A DNA stretch of 34,916 nt from a virus (lineage: Duplodnaviria; Caudoviricetes), in the IMG/VR virus record IMGVR_UViG_3300017784_004349, positions 1 to 34,916 of that record, one strand, 5' to 3'. Of this stretch, positions 8,417-15,689 are shown piece by piece. Position 1 is the stretch's first letter; each line of letters starts with the position of its first letter. The position numbers were made by a program, and so were the translations under genes. The notes beneath the pieces were generated by a model, which was given only the letters and a program-made list of their open reading frames with translations, was not told the DNA's origin and did no database searches.

Positions 8417-9364
8417 TTACATTTGGTGGTAGTTGTGTTGTTCCCACAGTTTTACTGCTTCTGATATCTCATCATCCTCTTGATTTTGAGCGTTGCTGTT
8501 CATCCAATCTCTCAGGTATGGTTGATCACGCCCAATGATTTGTCCTGTGGTTGCTGCTTTGACTTCGCAGCCTAGCGCCTTGCCTGCTGAAGCAATCATT
8601 GAGTAATTGTTTCTATCGCTAAGTCCTCCGTGGATATTTCCGCTCACCTCTCTTCCGTTTTTGTCGAACGTGATTTCCGAGTTGTTTGGAAGCTGCAGAA
8701 TTTTCCCAGTCTTCAACCTCATAGTTGAAGTGATTTTCTCCAGGTCTTCTGCTCTTGTTGCGATTATGTACGCACTCAGGTATTCTGAGTATACAAGGTG
8801 AAGCGCTGTCATTGCGTCTCTCCCTGCAACCAGATAACCGTTCGGGTCGATTGCCACCCACGCCGCCCACCCTGACAGGTTTGAGAACTCCTTTGCTCCC
8901 TTGCCTATTGCGTAACAGTTTAACAGATGCTCTGAGTCACAGGTTGTTTCCATGTTCATCTGTTCTCCGCTCCATGAGACAACTCCGTTGTGTGCTAGCG
9001 ACCAATTATTTTTTGTGAATGGGTGCGTGTTTTTTATCTCAATGGTTCCAGTTGATGTCCTTCCGTGGATGATCATGGGGCCGTCGTAGCTGTCGAGCTT
9101 CCAATCCGGCGTTTCGTATTTATCTTCGTATCGCTTTGAGAAGAACTCGTCTACCGATTCCAGCGCTTTCTTTAGCTCTCCTATTCCAAGGTAGGATTGG
9201 GGTTCGATGTATCGTTCGGTGTATCTTTTCTTACCGCACTGGATTGAGAAGCCGAATCCGTCTCGTTGCGTTTGTTTGTATATCTTGTTTACGGCATCAA
9301 TCATTTGATTCAACTTCTTTCTGCTTAGCTTTTTTGTTGAGCTTATTGCGAATAGTTTGCACAT
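8417..9364 (-). CDS. Class II (Ntn) glutamine amidotransferase
   Basis: N-terminal M-C nucleophile, DGFG, HGRTST, NTHPF, AHNGVV and CDSE motifs. Confidence 0.92.
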   Translation of the reverse strand: MCKLFAISSTKKLSRKKLNQMIDAVNKIYKQTQRDGFGFSIQCGKKRYTERYIEPQSYLGIGELKKALESVDEFFSKRYEDKYETPDWKLDSYDGPMIIHGRTSTGTIEIKNTHPFTKNNWSLAHNGVVSWSGEQMNMETTCDSEHLLNCYAIGKGAKEFSNLSGWAAWVAIDPNGYLVAGRDAMTALHLVYSEYLSAYIIATRAEDLEKITSTMRLKTGKILQLPNNSEITFDKNGREVSGNIHGGLSDRNNYSMIASAGKALGCEVKAATTGQIIGRDQPYLRDWMNSNAQNQEDDEISEAVKLWEQHNYHQM

Positions 9365-9383
9365 AGTTGGTTTGATTTGTTTA

Positions 9384-10541
9384 TTAGATGTTCTCGCTTG
9401 TTTCGTTTGTTTGTCCCGGCGATGGGAAGAATTTATTCCTTCTAAGCACGGCCCATATTTTAATGTGTTGTGGCGCTTTGCTTTCTAGGAAACTTTCAAA
9501 CGTCCTGAATCGCTTGCCTGAGTCTGAGATGTAGCGTAGTAGCGTTGCCCAATTCAGAACTTTGTCTGGATCCATTGTTCCTGATCCGAGTCTAATCTCC
9601 GTTGTTTTATGTTTGCGGAATGATGTTGGATTGATTGCGCTGTAACGCTGATGCCTCCCTCCGTTTCCGGGTAGGTGGTTAAGCAAACAGAACGAGTTAT
9701 TCCGTCTCGATTCCGGCACCAATTCCATTAGCCAAGGCAGTGCGGCTACGAGGCGCGCTCTCCGTGTTGCCTCACCCCGCACCGTCAGGTGTCTTGAGTC
9801 CAGGTGGATGTGCAGCCCGCAGCTTTTGTTAACGGCTGCTCCGTCCCGCCTCAGCTTGGTGCAGATTTCATACAGTTTATCAACTTTTCCCCACTGCATG
9901 TTTATTCTGACCTCCTTGTAGAGGGTGTTTACCTGCCCGCCTATTGGGCTAACTGATCCGTCTCCGACGAATGTCACGTTACTTGAAAACGGATACGCGT
10001 ATGCCGAGTCCGCCATTTCTGTTTGCTCGTAAGCCACGAATTCCAGCTCAACGCTGAAACACTCCCGCTGTTTAAGCAGCGTCGTGTGCTGGTAAACTTT
10101 CAATCCCAGCGCCATCCTTCTCAGGGAGCTGAATCTTTCCAGTTCCTTACACTTACTAATTACATTTCCATCTTTAAGGACGGAGTATCCTTCTACCTCC
10201 TTCGGTTTAAGGAAGGCCTGCTTAAACTTTGCAGGTATGTAGAATGAGTTCAGGTATGGCCTCTTCTTTTTGGTGGCTAAAAACCATCGCGCCGACGTCT
10301 GCATCTTCTTCTTGGCCCTAACTTTAGATGCTGCGGCTGCGGCTTGTTCGAATCGCCTGCTGAGTGATGATTCCACACGCACTTCATTCACCATATATTC
10401 CTGCCGAGCAATGCTTGTCCAGAACGCCCATCGCTTTCGGACACATGTTGCTATGTCGTCGGGCAACTCATAGCTGATATTGCCCAGCCTCATCAGTTCG
10501 TATGCTCTCTCTTTCTCTGCTCGGCTTAGTATTGTTTTCAT
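9384..10541 (-). CDS. Putative amidoligase (COOH-NH2 ligase, Amidoligase_2-like)
   Basis: FSVELEF, GDGSV, VNKSCGLHIHLD, RYSAIN and TTEIR motifs; adjacent to the GATase. Confidence 0.88.
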   Translation of the reverse strand: MKTILSRAEKERAYELMRLGNISYELPDDIATCVRKRWAFWTSIARQEYMVNEVRVESSLSRRFEQAAAAASKVRAKKKMQTSARWFLATKKKRPYLNSFYIPAKFKQAFLKPKEVEGYSVLKDGNVISKCKELERFSSLRRMALGLKVYQHTTLLKQRECFSVELEFVAYEQTEMADSAYAYPFSSNVTFVGDGSVSPIGGQVNTLYKEVRINMQWGKVDKLYEICTKLRRDGAAVNKSCGLHIHLDSRHLTVRGEATRRARLVAALPWLMELVPESRRNNSFCLLNHLPGNGGRHQRYSAINPTSFRKHKTTEIRLGSGTMDPDKVLNWATLLRYISDSGKRFRTFESFLESKAPQHIKIWAVLRRNKFFPSPGQTNETSENI

Positions 10542-10556
10542 TTTGTGTTTGTTGAG

Positions 10557-10883
10557 TTAATGTTTTCCGTAAATCCTTCTGACGTTTGCCTTCCAGTTTC
10601 TGTTTCCCACGGGGTCGGCGGCAATCGGACACCACCGGTCCGCCATGTGGTTTATGAATTCGCCGGGTCTTCCCGCTTGTTCCCAGCGTGTCCAGTTGTT
10701 TCGGATGCTGACTAGGACAACGCGCCGTGCGTGGGCCTCGTCGCGCACTTTGATGCTTAGCACTCCGTAGGGGCTTCGGGCCTTCGCCCCACCCTCGGCT
10801 CTGTATATTGCATCCGCCAGCCTCTCTGGGTCGGGATGGCCAGCGAGCGCGGGCAGAGCCACCAGCATAATTAGGTATTTCAT
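10557..10883 (-). CDS. Secreted lysozyme-like / transglycosylase-like protein
   Basis: Signal peptide MKYLIMLVALPALA, then LADAIYRAEGG..PYGVL (candidate catalytic Glu after a helix) and RWCP..NWKANV. Confidence 0.55.
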   Translation of the reverse strand: MKYLIMLVALPALAGHPDPERLADAIYRAEGGAKARSPYGVLSIKVRDEAHARRVVLVSIRNNWTRWEQAGRPGEFINHMADRWCPIAADPVGNRNWKANVRRIYGKH

Positions 10884-11065
10884 TTCGCCTCCTTTCTAGC
10901 AGCTTGCAACTTGTCACGCTCGTCGTGGAGGGTGGCGAGTTTTCGGAGTTCGTGCTGTGGTGTTATGGATCTTGGTTCAGCCTTTGTCCGCACTTCTTCG
11001 CGCATACGTAGCGCGGTTATGTATTCTTTTAGGTATTTCATTTTTATTTGTTGCGCCTTAGTCAC
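10880..11065 (-). CDS. Hypothetical protein
   Basis: 61-aa ORF with an ATGA overlap to the next gene. Confidence 0.6.
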   Translation of the reverse strand: MTKAQQIKMKYLKEYITALRMREEVRTKAEPRSITPQHELRKLATLHDERDKLQAARKEAK

Positions 11066-11082
11066 TTCGGCGCTTTGTTTGT

Positions 11083-11499
11083 TTAGTAGATTGCAGTTCC
11101 CTGTGTGTATGCATTGCCGATTGGATTTGCGATGGAAACTCCTTCTACGTCGGAGGCTTTCACAATGTAGATACAGTTTTGTAGCTCGTCTTTCTTGACA
11201 TACTGCACCAGTCCCTTTTTGCCCTTCATAATCAGACCCAGTTTTTTTAACGCCCCCTTCTCCAGGTCTCGTAACGGACGCGATTCGCCTTCGACTTTTT
11301 TTTGTTCTGCTTTGTCGAACGTATAGTAAAAACGTATCATTTTGCCGTCATCCCTTCTCTTGATGCTGCCGTTTATTTGCAGCATGTGCCACTTACGCAG
11401 GCACTTTGCTATCTTAATCAGAGCCATCACCTCTTTGTAGCTGAAGCCCATGCTTTCCAGCTTCACAATGAGCCTGTATCTACGTTCTTGTTTGTTCAT
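11083..11499 (-). CDS. Hypothetical phage early protein
   Basis: Likely start MNKQERRY after an A-rich leader; LRKWH..NG.I.R..G..RDLEKGALKKL. Confidence 0.65.
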   Translation of the reverse strand: MNKQERRYRLIVKLESMGFSYKEVMALIKIAKCLRKWHMLQINGSIKRRDDGKMIRFYYTFDKAEQKKVEGESRPLRDLEKGALKKLGLIMKGKKGLVQYVKKDELQNCIYIVKASDVEGVSIANPIGNAYTQGTAIY

Positions 11500-11604
11500 G
11501 TTTGTTCCTGTTTTTTGTTTTTTACCGTGACCGAAATTCTTTTGGCCTGCTCTGGGAATTGGTTTCACCCCTGTCCTTCCCCCTGTGAGCTTGCGAACTT
11601 TTTG

Positions 11605-11676
11605 CCCTTCGATTGGGCTTGCCCAAGAGAACGGTGCCTTCCCCTCGATTGGGCTTGCCCAAGAGAACGGTGCCTT
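11605..11676. repeat. Two tandem 36-bp repeats, each with an internal palindrome TTGGGC-tt-GCCCAA
   Basis: cccttcgattgggcttgcccaagagaacggtgcctt followed by cccctcgattgggcttgcccaagagaacggtgcctt (one difference). Confidence 0.9.
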
Positions 11677-11686
11677 TGGGGCGCAT

Positions 11687-11718
11687 CTGCCTGCCGCACG
11701 ATGATGTGCGGCAGGCAG
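11687..11718 (-). terminator. Perfect 13-bp hairpin just after the stop of the 11727 gene
   Basis: ctgcctgccgcac-gatgat-gtgcggcaggcag; no U tract. Confidence 0.5.
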
Positions 11719-11726
11719 GGGGTTGT

Positions 11727-12086
11727 TTAGGGGCGGGTCACGTTCTCGCTTTTAGTGAGGCTTTTGAAGCAGACGCCGACACTGGGGAGGTATCTCCTCT
11801 CAGCGGTAAGGCGTTCCTTCAGTTTGGGCGTCTGCACAAGTGTGCAGTATCCGTCCTCACGTGAATCGAGCCAGCACTCGATTGTGATGTATTTGTTGTT
11901 ACGCCCCTCGTAGGCTGCATCGGGGTCGGCGCATATGCGCTGGATCAGGTCCGCATTCAAGCGGATGAAACCGACGGATTCGTATCTCGTCGGTTGGGCT
12001 TGCGCTGTCCCCAACAAGGCGTCGTTGGCCGAGATGTTGGGGGTGGCGGGGGTGGTGGTGGTGGGGGTTTTGGGGGTGGACTTCAT
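11727..12086 (-). CDS. Early cassette gene A; Thr/Pro-rich leader plus a domain resembling the SSB-like protein at 5371
   Basis: ATG at 12086 follows GAAAGACCCCTCCC; protein starts MKSTPKTPTTTTPATP. Confidence 0.7.
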   Translation of the reverse strand: MKSTPKTPTTTTPATPNISANDALLGTAQAQPTRYESVGFIRLNADLIQRICADPDAAYEGRNNKYITIECWLDSREDGYCTLVQTPKLKERLTAERRYLPSVGVCFKSLTKSENVTRP

Positions 12087-12283
12087 GGGAGGGGTCTTTC
12101 GGGGACGTGAGTTCGAGAACCAAGGCGCGTGCCTAAACAAAATAGACACGGCCAAACCCAAAGCGAACTCGTTCCAAGGGGTTCACCGAGAACCCCTTGG
12201 AACAAGTTCGCTGACAAACCAAGGCGCGCTAATAGCGCGAAGCGAGAGGCGCGACAGACAACGCGAGGCGCCACGGACAACGC
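12042..12283 (-). repeat. Structured leader element, copy 1 (22-bp hairpin, small hairpin, RBS, TP-rich codons)
   Basis: Aligns by eye with 12808-12979; core gcgaactcgttccaaggggttc-accga-gaaccccttggaacaagttcgc. Confidence 0.85.
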
Positions 12284-12314
12284 ATCCCCCGTATTGCCAT
12301 ATACGAGGGATGCG
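12281..12314 (-). terminator. 14-bp hairpin after the stop of cassette gene B
   Basis: cgcatcccccgtat-tgccat-atacgagggatgcg; the single mismatch is G-U on the minus strand. Confidence 0.5.
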
Positions 12315-12327
12315 TATTCGGAGGTGA

Positions 12328-12843
12328 TCACCACGGTCTAATCTCGGAATCCGAATCCGGACACGATTGAGCGTAGTCAATCAAGTCTCCGACGGTTGAT
12401 GCGTATATGTCCGCGATCCATCGCGGTTTTACGCCGTCCCAATCCCCGATGGATTTGAACACGGATTCGGCCTCAATGCCGAACGGAACGAGCGCCTGCA
12501 TGTGATTTCCGTACGTATCCTGCCCGAAGAACAGGGTGCTGTTTGGGACGCGGTAATGCGTTCCGGCGCTGGCGCTCAAGAGGACGGTCTCCTTCGCGGG
12601 GGTGGTGTGGGGGTTCTTCCCGCGCTCTTCCTGCGTGAGGAGGGCGAGATTGAACGTGGGGCAGTCTTGCATGCCCGCATCACGCCAGATGGCGTGGGCC
12701 TCACGCTCTAGGTCTGCGGCGAGTTCCAGGCCGCGAGCGTCGCCGTGGCTGTGATACAGCAGCGTGATCGCTGCATGTGCCGCCAGCTTCTGTCTGATTT
12801 CGTTGTCGGTGGCGGGGGTGGTGGACGTGGGGGTGGCGGACAT
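12328..12843 (-). CDS. Early cassette gene B; Thr/Pro-rich leader, function unknown
   Basis: ATG at 12843 follows GAAAGGCCCCCC; protein starts MSATPTSTTPATDNE. Confidence 0.7.
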   Translation of the reverse strand: MSATPTSTTPATDNEIRQKLAAHAAITLLYHSHGDARGLELAADLEREAHAIWRDAGMQDCPTFNLALLTQEERGKNPHTTPAKETVLLSASAGTHYRVPNSTLFFGQDTYGNHMQALVPFGIEAESVFKSIGDWDGVKPRWIADIYASTVGDLIDYAQSCPDSDSEIRPW

Positions 12844-12979
12844 GGGGGGCCTTTCGTGAATTGAGTTCGAAGCCAAGCTGCGCGTCTAAACATATAGACG
12901 CGCCCAAACCCCAAGCGAACTCGTTACAAGGGGTTCACCGAGAACCCCTTGAAACGAGTGCGCCACGGACAACGCGAGG
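12808..12979 (-). repeat. Structured leader element, copy 2
   Basis: gcgcgtcta-aacata-tagacgcgc and gcgaactcgttacaaggggttc-accga-gaaccccttgaaacgagtgcgc. Confidence 0.85.
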
Positions 12980-12994
12980 GGCGGCGGACGGATG

Positions 12995-13054
12995 GCCGGA
13001 CATCCTGCCGGACATTTTGCCGGACATTCTGCCGGACATTCCAGCGGACATTTG
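12995..13054. repeat. Five tandem 12-bp repeats (GCCGGACATYYY), iteron-like
   Basis: gccggacatcct, gccggacatttt, gccggacattct, gccggacattcc, agcggacatttg. Confidence 0.9.
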
Positions 13055-13481
13055 TCTTGACACACTCTTGACGAGTCGATACAATCTTCTTCTACTACGG
13101 TAGCTCGCTCCCTTTCTTCCTCCGCTTGAACCACCCGTAAACAAAGCTCAATTAAAACAACCTTTTGATACACCCTTCAAGAGCCTGCCTTCCAACACTA
13201 GATGCACACTGTAACCCTCATTTTCGTGCGGGGTGGGGGGCGCTCTACCATCAAGCATTGCTCTCCGCATCCAGCCGAGCAGTGGCTGAGGCTGCGCTTA
13301 CGGAGTAGTGCGAGCTAGGGCGGAGCCTAGGGTTTGCGATCCTCGCGGATGCGTTTGACTCCGGGCGTCGCGGGAGCGCTTGAGTCTAGGGGCGCCTGGC
13401 CGCTAGGTGTTACCACGGGGGGCCACTACCACCCTTGGGTCGGGCCGTCTTACAATCCCCCCCTCTCAAATCGCACACACC

Positions 13482-13521
13482 TGTTTTAACTTGCCTACCG
13501 CGCTGGAGGTGTGGTAGGAAT
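13482..13521 (+). promoter_or_regulatory. Putative late promoter upstream of the small terminase
   Basis: TGTTTTAAC-TTGCCT..TGgTAGGAA; shares a 12-mer with the element at 15555. Confidence 0.5.
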
Positions 13522-13527
13522 GCAGTG

Positions 13528-13938
13528 ATGAAAGAAGCTAATGAAGAGGTGCGGAAGGGGAGATACGAGAAGCTCAGCCTTGAGGAGGAGCGGCTGGTGC
13601 TGGAGGCGGTGGGGAAGAGTTTGCCTATGAAGGTGGCGGCGGACTACGCCGGGGTGGAGTGGTTGCGCTTGGAGCGGCTCATGGTTAAGGATAAAGCTCT
13701 GAAGAAGATGCTGGATATGGCTATTGCTAGGGAGCAGGGGCGGGTGATGGACTTGCTTAAGAGCAAGGGCGGGGACGTAAAGGCCCTAGCGTTCATGCTG
13801 GAGCGTGTTTATGGGCTGAGCGCGGTGGAGGCCAAGGCGACGAGGAAAGACAAGGTGGCGGTGGCAGGGATGACGATTACGCCTGCTGTGCTGAGGGCCT
13901 TGGCTGGCGGGGATGAGAAGATCGTTGTAAGGAACTAG
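13528..13938 (+). CDS. terS: Terminase small subunit
   Basis: HTH-like MKVAADYAGV and KALAFMLERVYG; immediately upstream of the large terminase. Likely start MKEANEE. Confidence 0.75.
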   Translation: MKEANEEVRKGRYEKLSLEEERLVLEAVGKSLPMKVAADYAGVEWLRLERLMVKDKALKKMLDMAIAREQGRVMDLLKSKGGDVKALAFMLERVYGLSAVEAKATRKDKVAVAGMTITPAVLRALAGGDEKIVVRN

Positions 13939-13942
13939 CTCT

Positions 13943-15553
13943 ATGGGGCAGAGGAGCTACATGTTGGCTGCAAGGCTGAAGAGGGAGAGGATTGCCGAAC
14001 GCATGAAGAATATGCGGGCTGCAAAGAAGGTGATTGGCAACGCTCGCAAGGAGGAGGAGAAGCTGTTGGGGAAGGCGGCATCCAAGCTGCAAAGGATTGT
14101 TGATGCCGACAAGGTTAGGGCGGATGCAGAGGAGGCGCTTAGGGCTAGGAGGGAGATGGAGAGCGGCGATGGGAAGTTTCAGCTTGAGAACTTTCCAGAG
14201 CTATTCCTTAATTTTACCCCCTATAAATGGCAGAAGGATGTTCTTAAGGAGGTCAACTTTAAGGGCAGTCGGGTGGCGTTAAAGGCTGCTAATGGCAGCG
14301 GGAAGACTAGCGTGATCGCCGCCTCGGCTATTCTCTGGCACATGCTTCGCTTCCCAGAGTCCCTTGTCATCTCTACTGCTGGGGTTTATCGGCAGGTCGA
14401 GGATCAGCTTTGGCCGCGAATGAGGCGGCTGGTTGCGGGGCTGGGCGGTGTTTCTGGCGGCTGGGAGATGTTTAGCAATGAAGTGCGGTTTCAGAATGGA
14501 TCCAGAGCAATTGGGTTCTCAACGAATGACGCCGGGAAGTTTGAGGGCTGGCACGGACAGGGAGATAGCGAGAATCTGCTTATGGTTGTGGATGAGGCGA
14601 AGACTGTCCCTGATTCTATTTTTGAAGCAATCGAACGCTGCCAGCCAAGCCGGTTGCTGGTGATGAGTTCTCCGGGTAGCTCCAGCGGCGGGCTTTACCG
14701 CGCTTTCACCAAAGAGGCTGACCTTTGGAAGACCTTTACCGTCACCGCTTTTGATTGCCCTCACATTTCTAAAAGCTGGGTTTTAGAGCAGGAGTTGAAG
14801 TGGGGAGCCAACCACCCGCTTGTTCGCTCGATGATTCACGGGGAGTTTATGGAGGTGAGCGGCGAGAGTTTGGTGTTGCCTCATAGCGTCTTGCAGAAGT
14901 GCTTTGAATGCCCGCCTGATTTTGTCAACGGCTCTAAGGTTGCGTTCTGCGATTTTGCGGCCGGCGGCGACGAGAACGTCCTTTGTGTTAGAGAGGGCAA
15001 CGAGATTAAGAGGTTGATCTGCTGGAGGGACAAGAACACTTCGTTTTCTATTGCTCGCTTTATTACTGAGTTTAAGAAGGAAGGCTTGAAGCAGGATTTT
15101 ATCTACGCTGATTCAGGCGGTATCGGTATTCCGATGTGCGATATGTTGAGGGATGCAGGCTGGGATGTTCACCGGGTAAACAACGGGGAGCGGGCGCATA
15201 GCGATGATCAATTTTCTAATCGCGGCACTGAACTGTGGATGTCTGCGGCACGGATGATTGAGCGCAAGGAGATCAGGATGCTGGAGGATGAAGCCGCTGT
15301 CACGCAGCTTACCACCCGCCGCTTAACATCCAACGTCAAAGGCAAGCTCATGGTTGAGTCGAAGACCGACATGAAGGCGAGAGGGCTTAGCTCTCCAGAT
15401 CGGGCGGACGCTATTGTTGGGGCGATGATTTGCGGCCTTGAGAGCTTTGGTCACAGCCGTCAAGGGCTGTCACTCTTTGAGCAAATCAAGCTTCAGGCAG
15501 ACTCGACGTTTGAAGGCGACAGCCCAGAGCTTGCTGGTTCTTGGTGCGGGTGA
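13943..15553 (+). CDS. terL: Terminase large subunit
   Basis: PYKWQ, Walker A AANGSGKT, Walker B MVVDEA, coupling motif MSSPG, nuclease motifs CDFAAGGDE and SPDRADA. Confidence 0.96.
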   Translation: MGQRSYMLAARLKRERIAERMKNMRAAKKVIGNARKEEEKLLGKAASKLQRIVDADKVRADAEEALRARREMESGDGKFQLENFPELFLNFTPYKWQKDVLKEVNFKGSRVALKAANGSGKTSVIAASAILWHMLRFPESLVISTAGVYRQVEDQLWPRMRRLVAGLGGVSGGWEMFSNEVRFQNGSRAIGFSTNDAGKFEGWHGQGDSENLLMVVDEAKTVPDSIFEAIERCQPSRLLVMSSPGSSSGGLYRAFTKEADLWKTFTVTAFDCPHISKSWVLEQELKWGANHPLVRSMIHGEFMEVSGESLVLPHSVLQKCFECPPDFVNGSKVAFCDFAAGGDENVLCVREGNEIKRLICWRDKNTSFSIARFITEFKKEGLKQDFIYADSGGIGIPMCDMLRDAGWDVHRVNNGERAHSDDQFSNRGTELWMSAARMIERKEIRMLEDEAAVTQLTTRRLTSNVKGKLMVESKTDMKARGLSSPDRADAIVGAMICGLESFGHSRQGLSLFEQIKLQADSTFEGDSPELAGSWCG

Positions 15554-15554
15554 A

Positions 15555-15592
15555 TGTTTTAACTTGTCAACCGAACCGTAAGGAGCTAGAAG
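15555..15592 (+). promoter_or_regulatory. Putative late promoter upstream of the portal
   Basis: TGTTTTAAC-TTGTCA-17 nt-TAGAAG. Confidence 0.6.
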
Positions 15593-15689
15593 TTTATTGG
15601 GTTTCCTGCTGGCATAGAGCGCCGGGATGACCGGCGACAGGTTATTATGTTTTGTGAGCCTCATTTGAACACACGGGAAATCTAGTATT

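Noticed and set aside
11605-11676. CRISPR mini-array (36-bp palindromic repeats)
   Set aside because: The two copies abut with no spacer. The Cas4-like gene is the usual ERF-linked recombination exonuclease.
12173-12221. Integron attC site (gcgaac...gttcgc hairpin)
   Set aside because: The ends do not fit RYYYAAC/GTTRRRY, there are no extrahelical bases, and no integrase is present.
12861-13173. ORFs spanning the 12-bp repeats (PDILPDIL, CPAECPAE)
   Set aside because: These are translations of a DNA tandem repeat, open in several frames, with no convincing start context.
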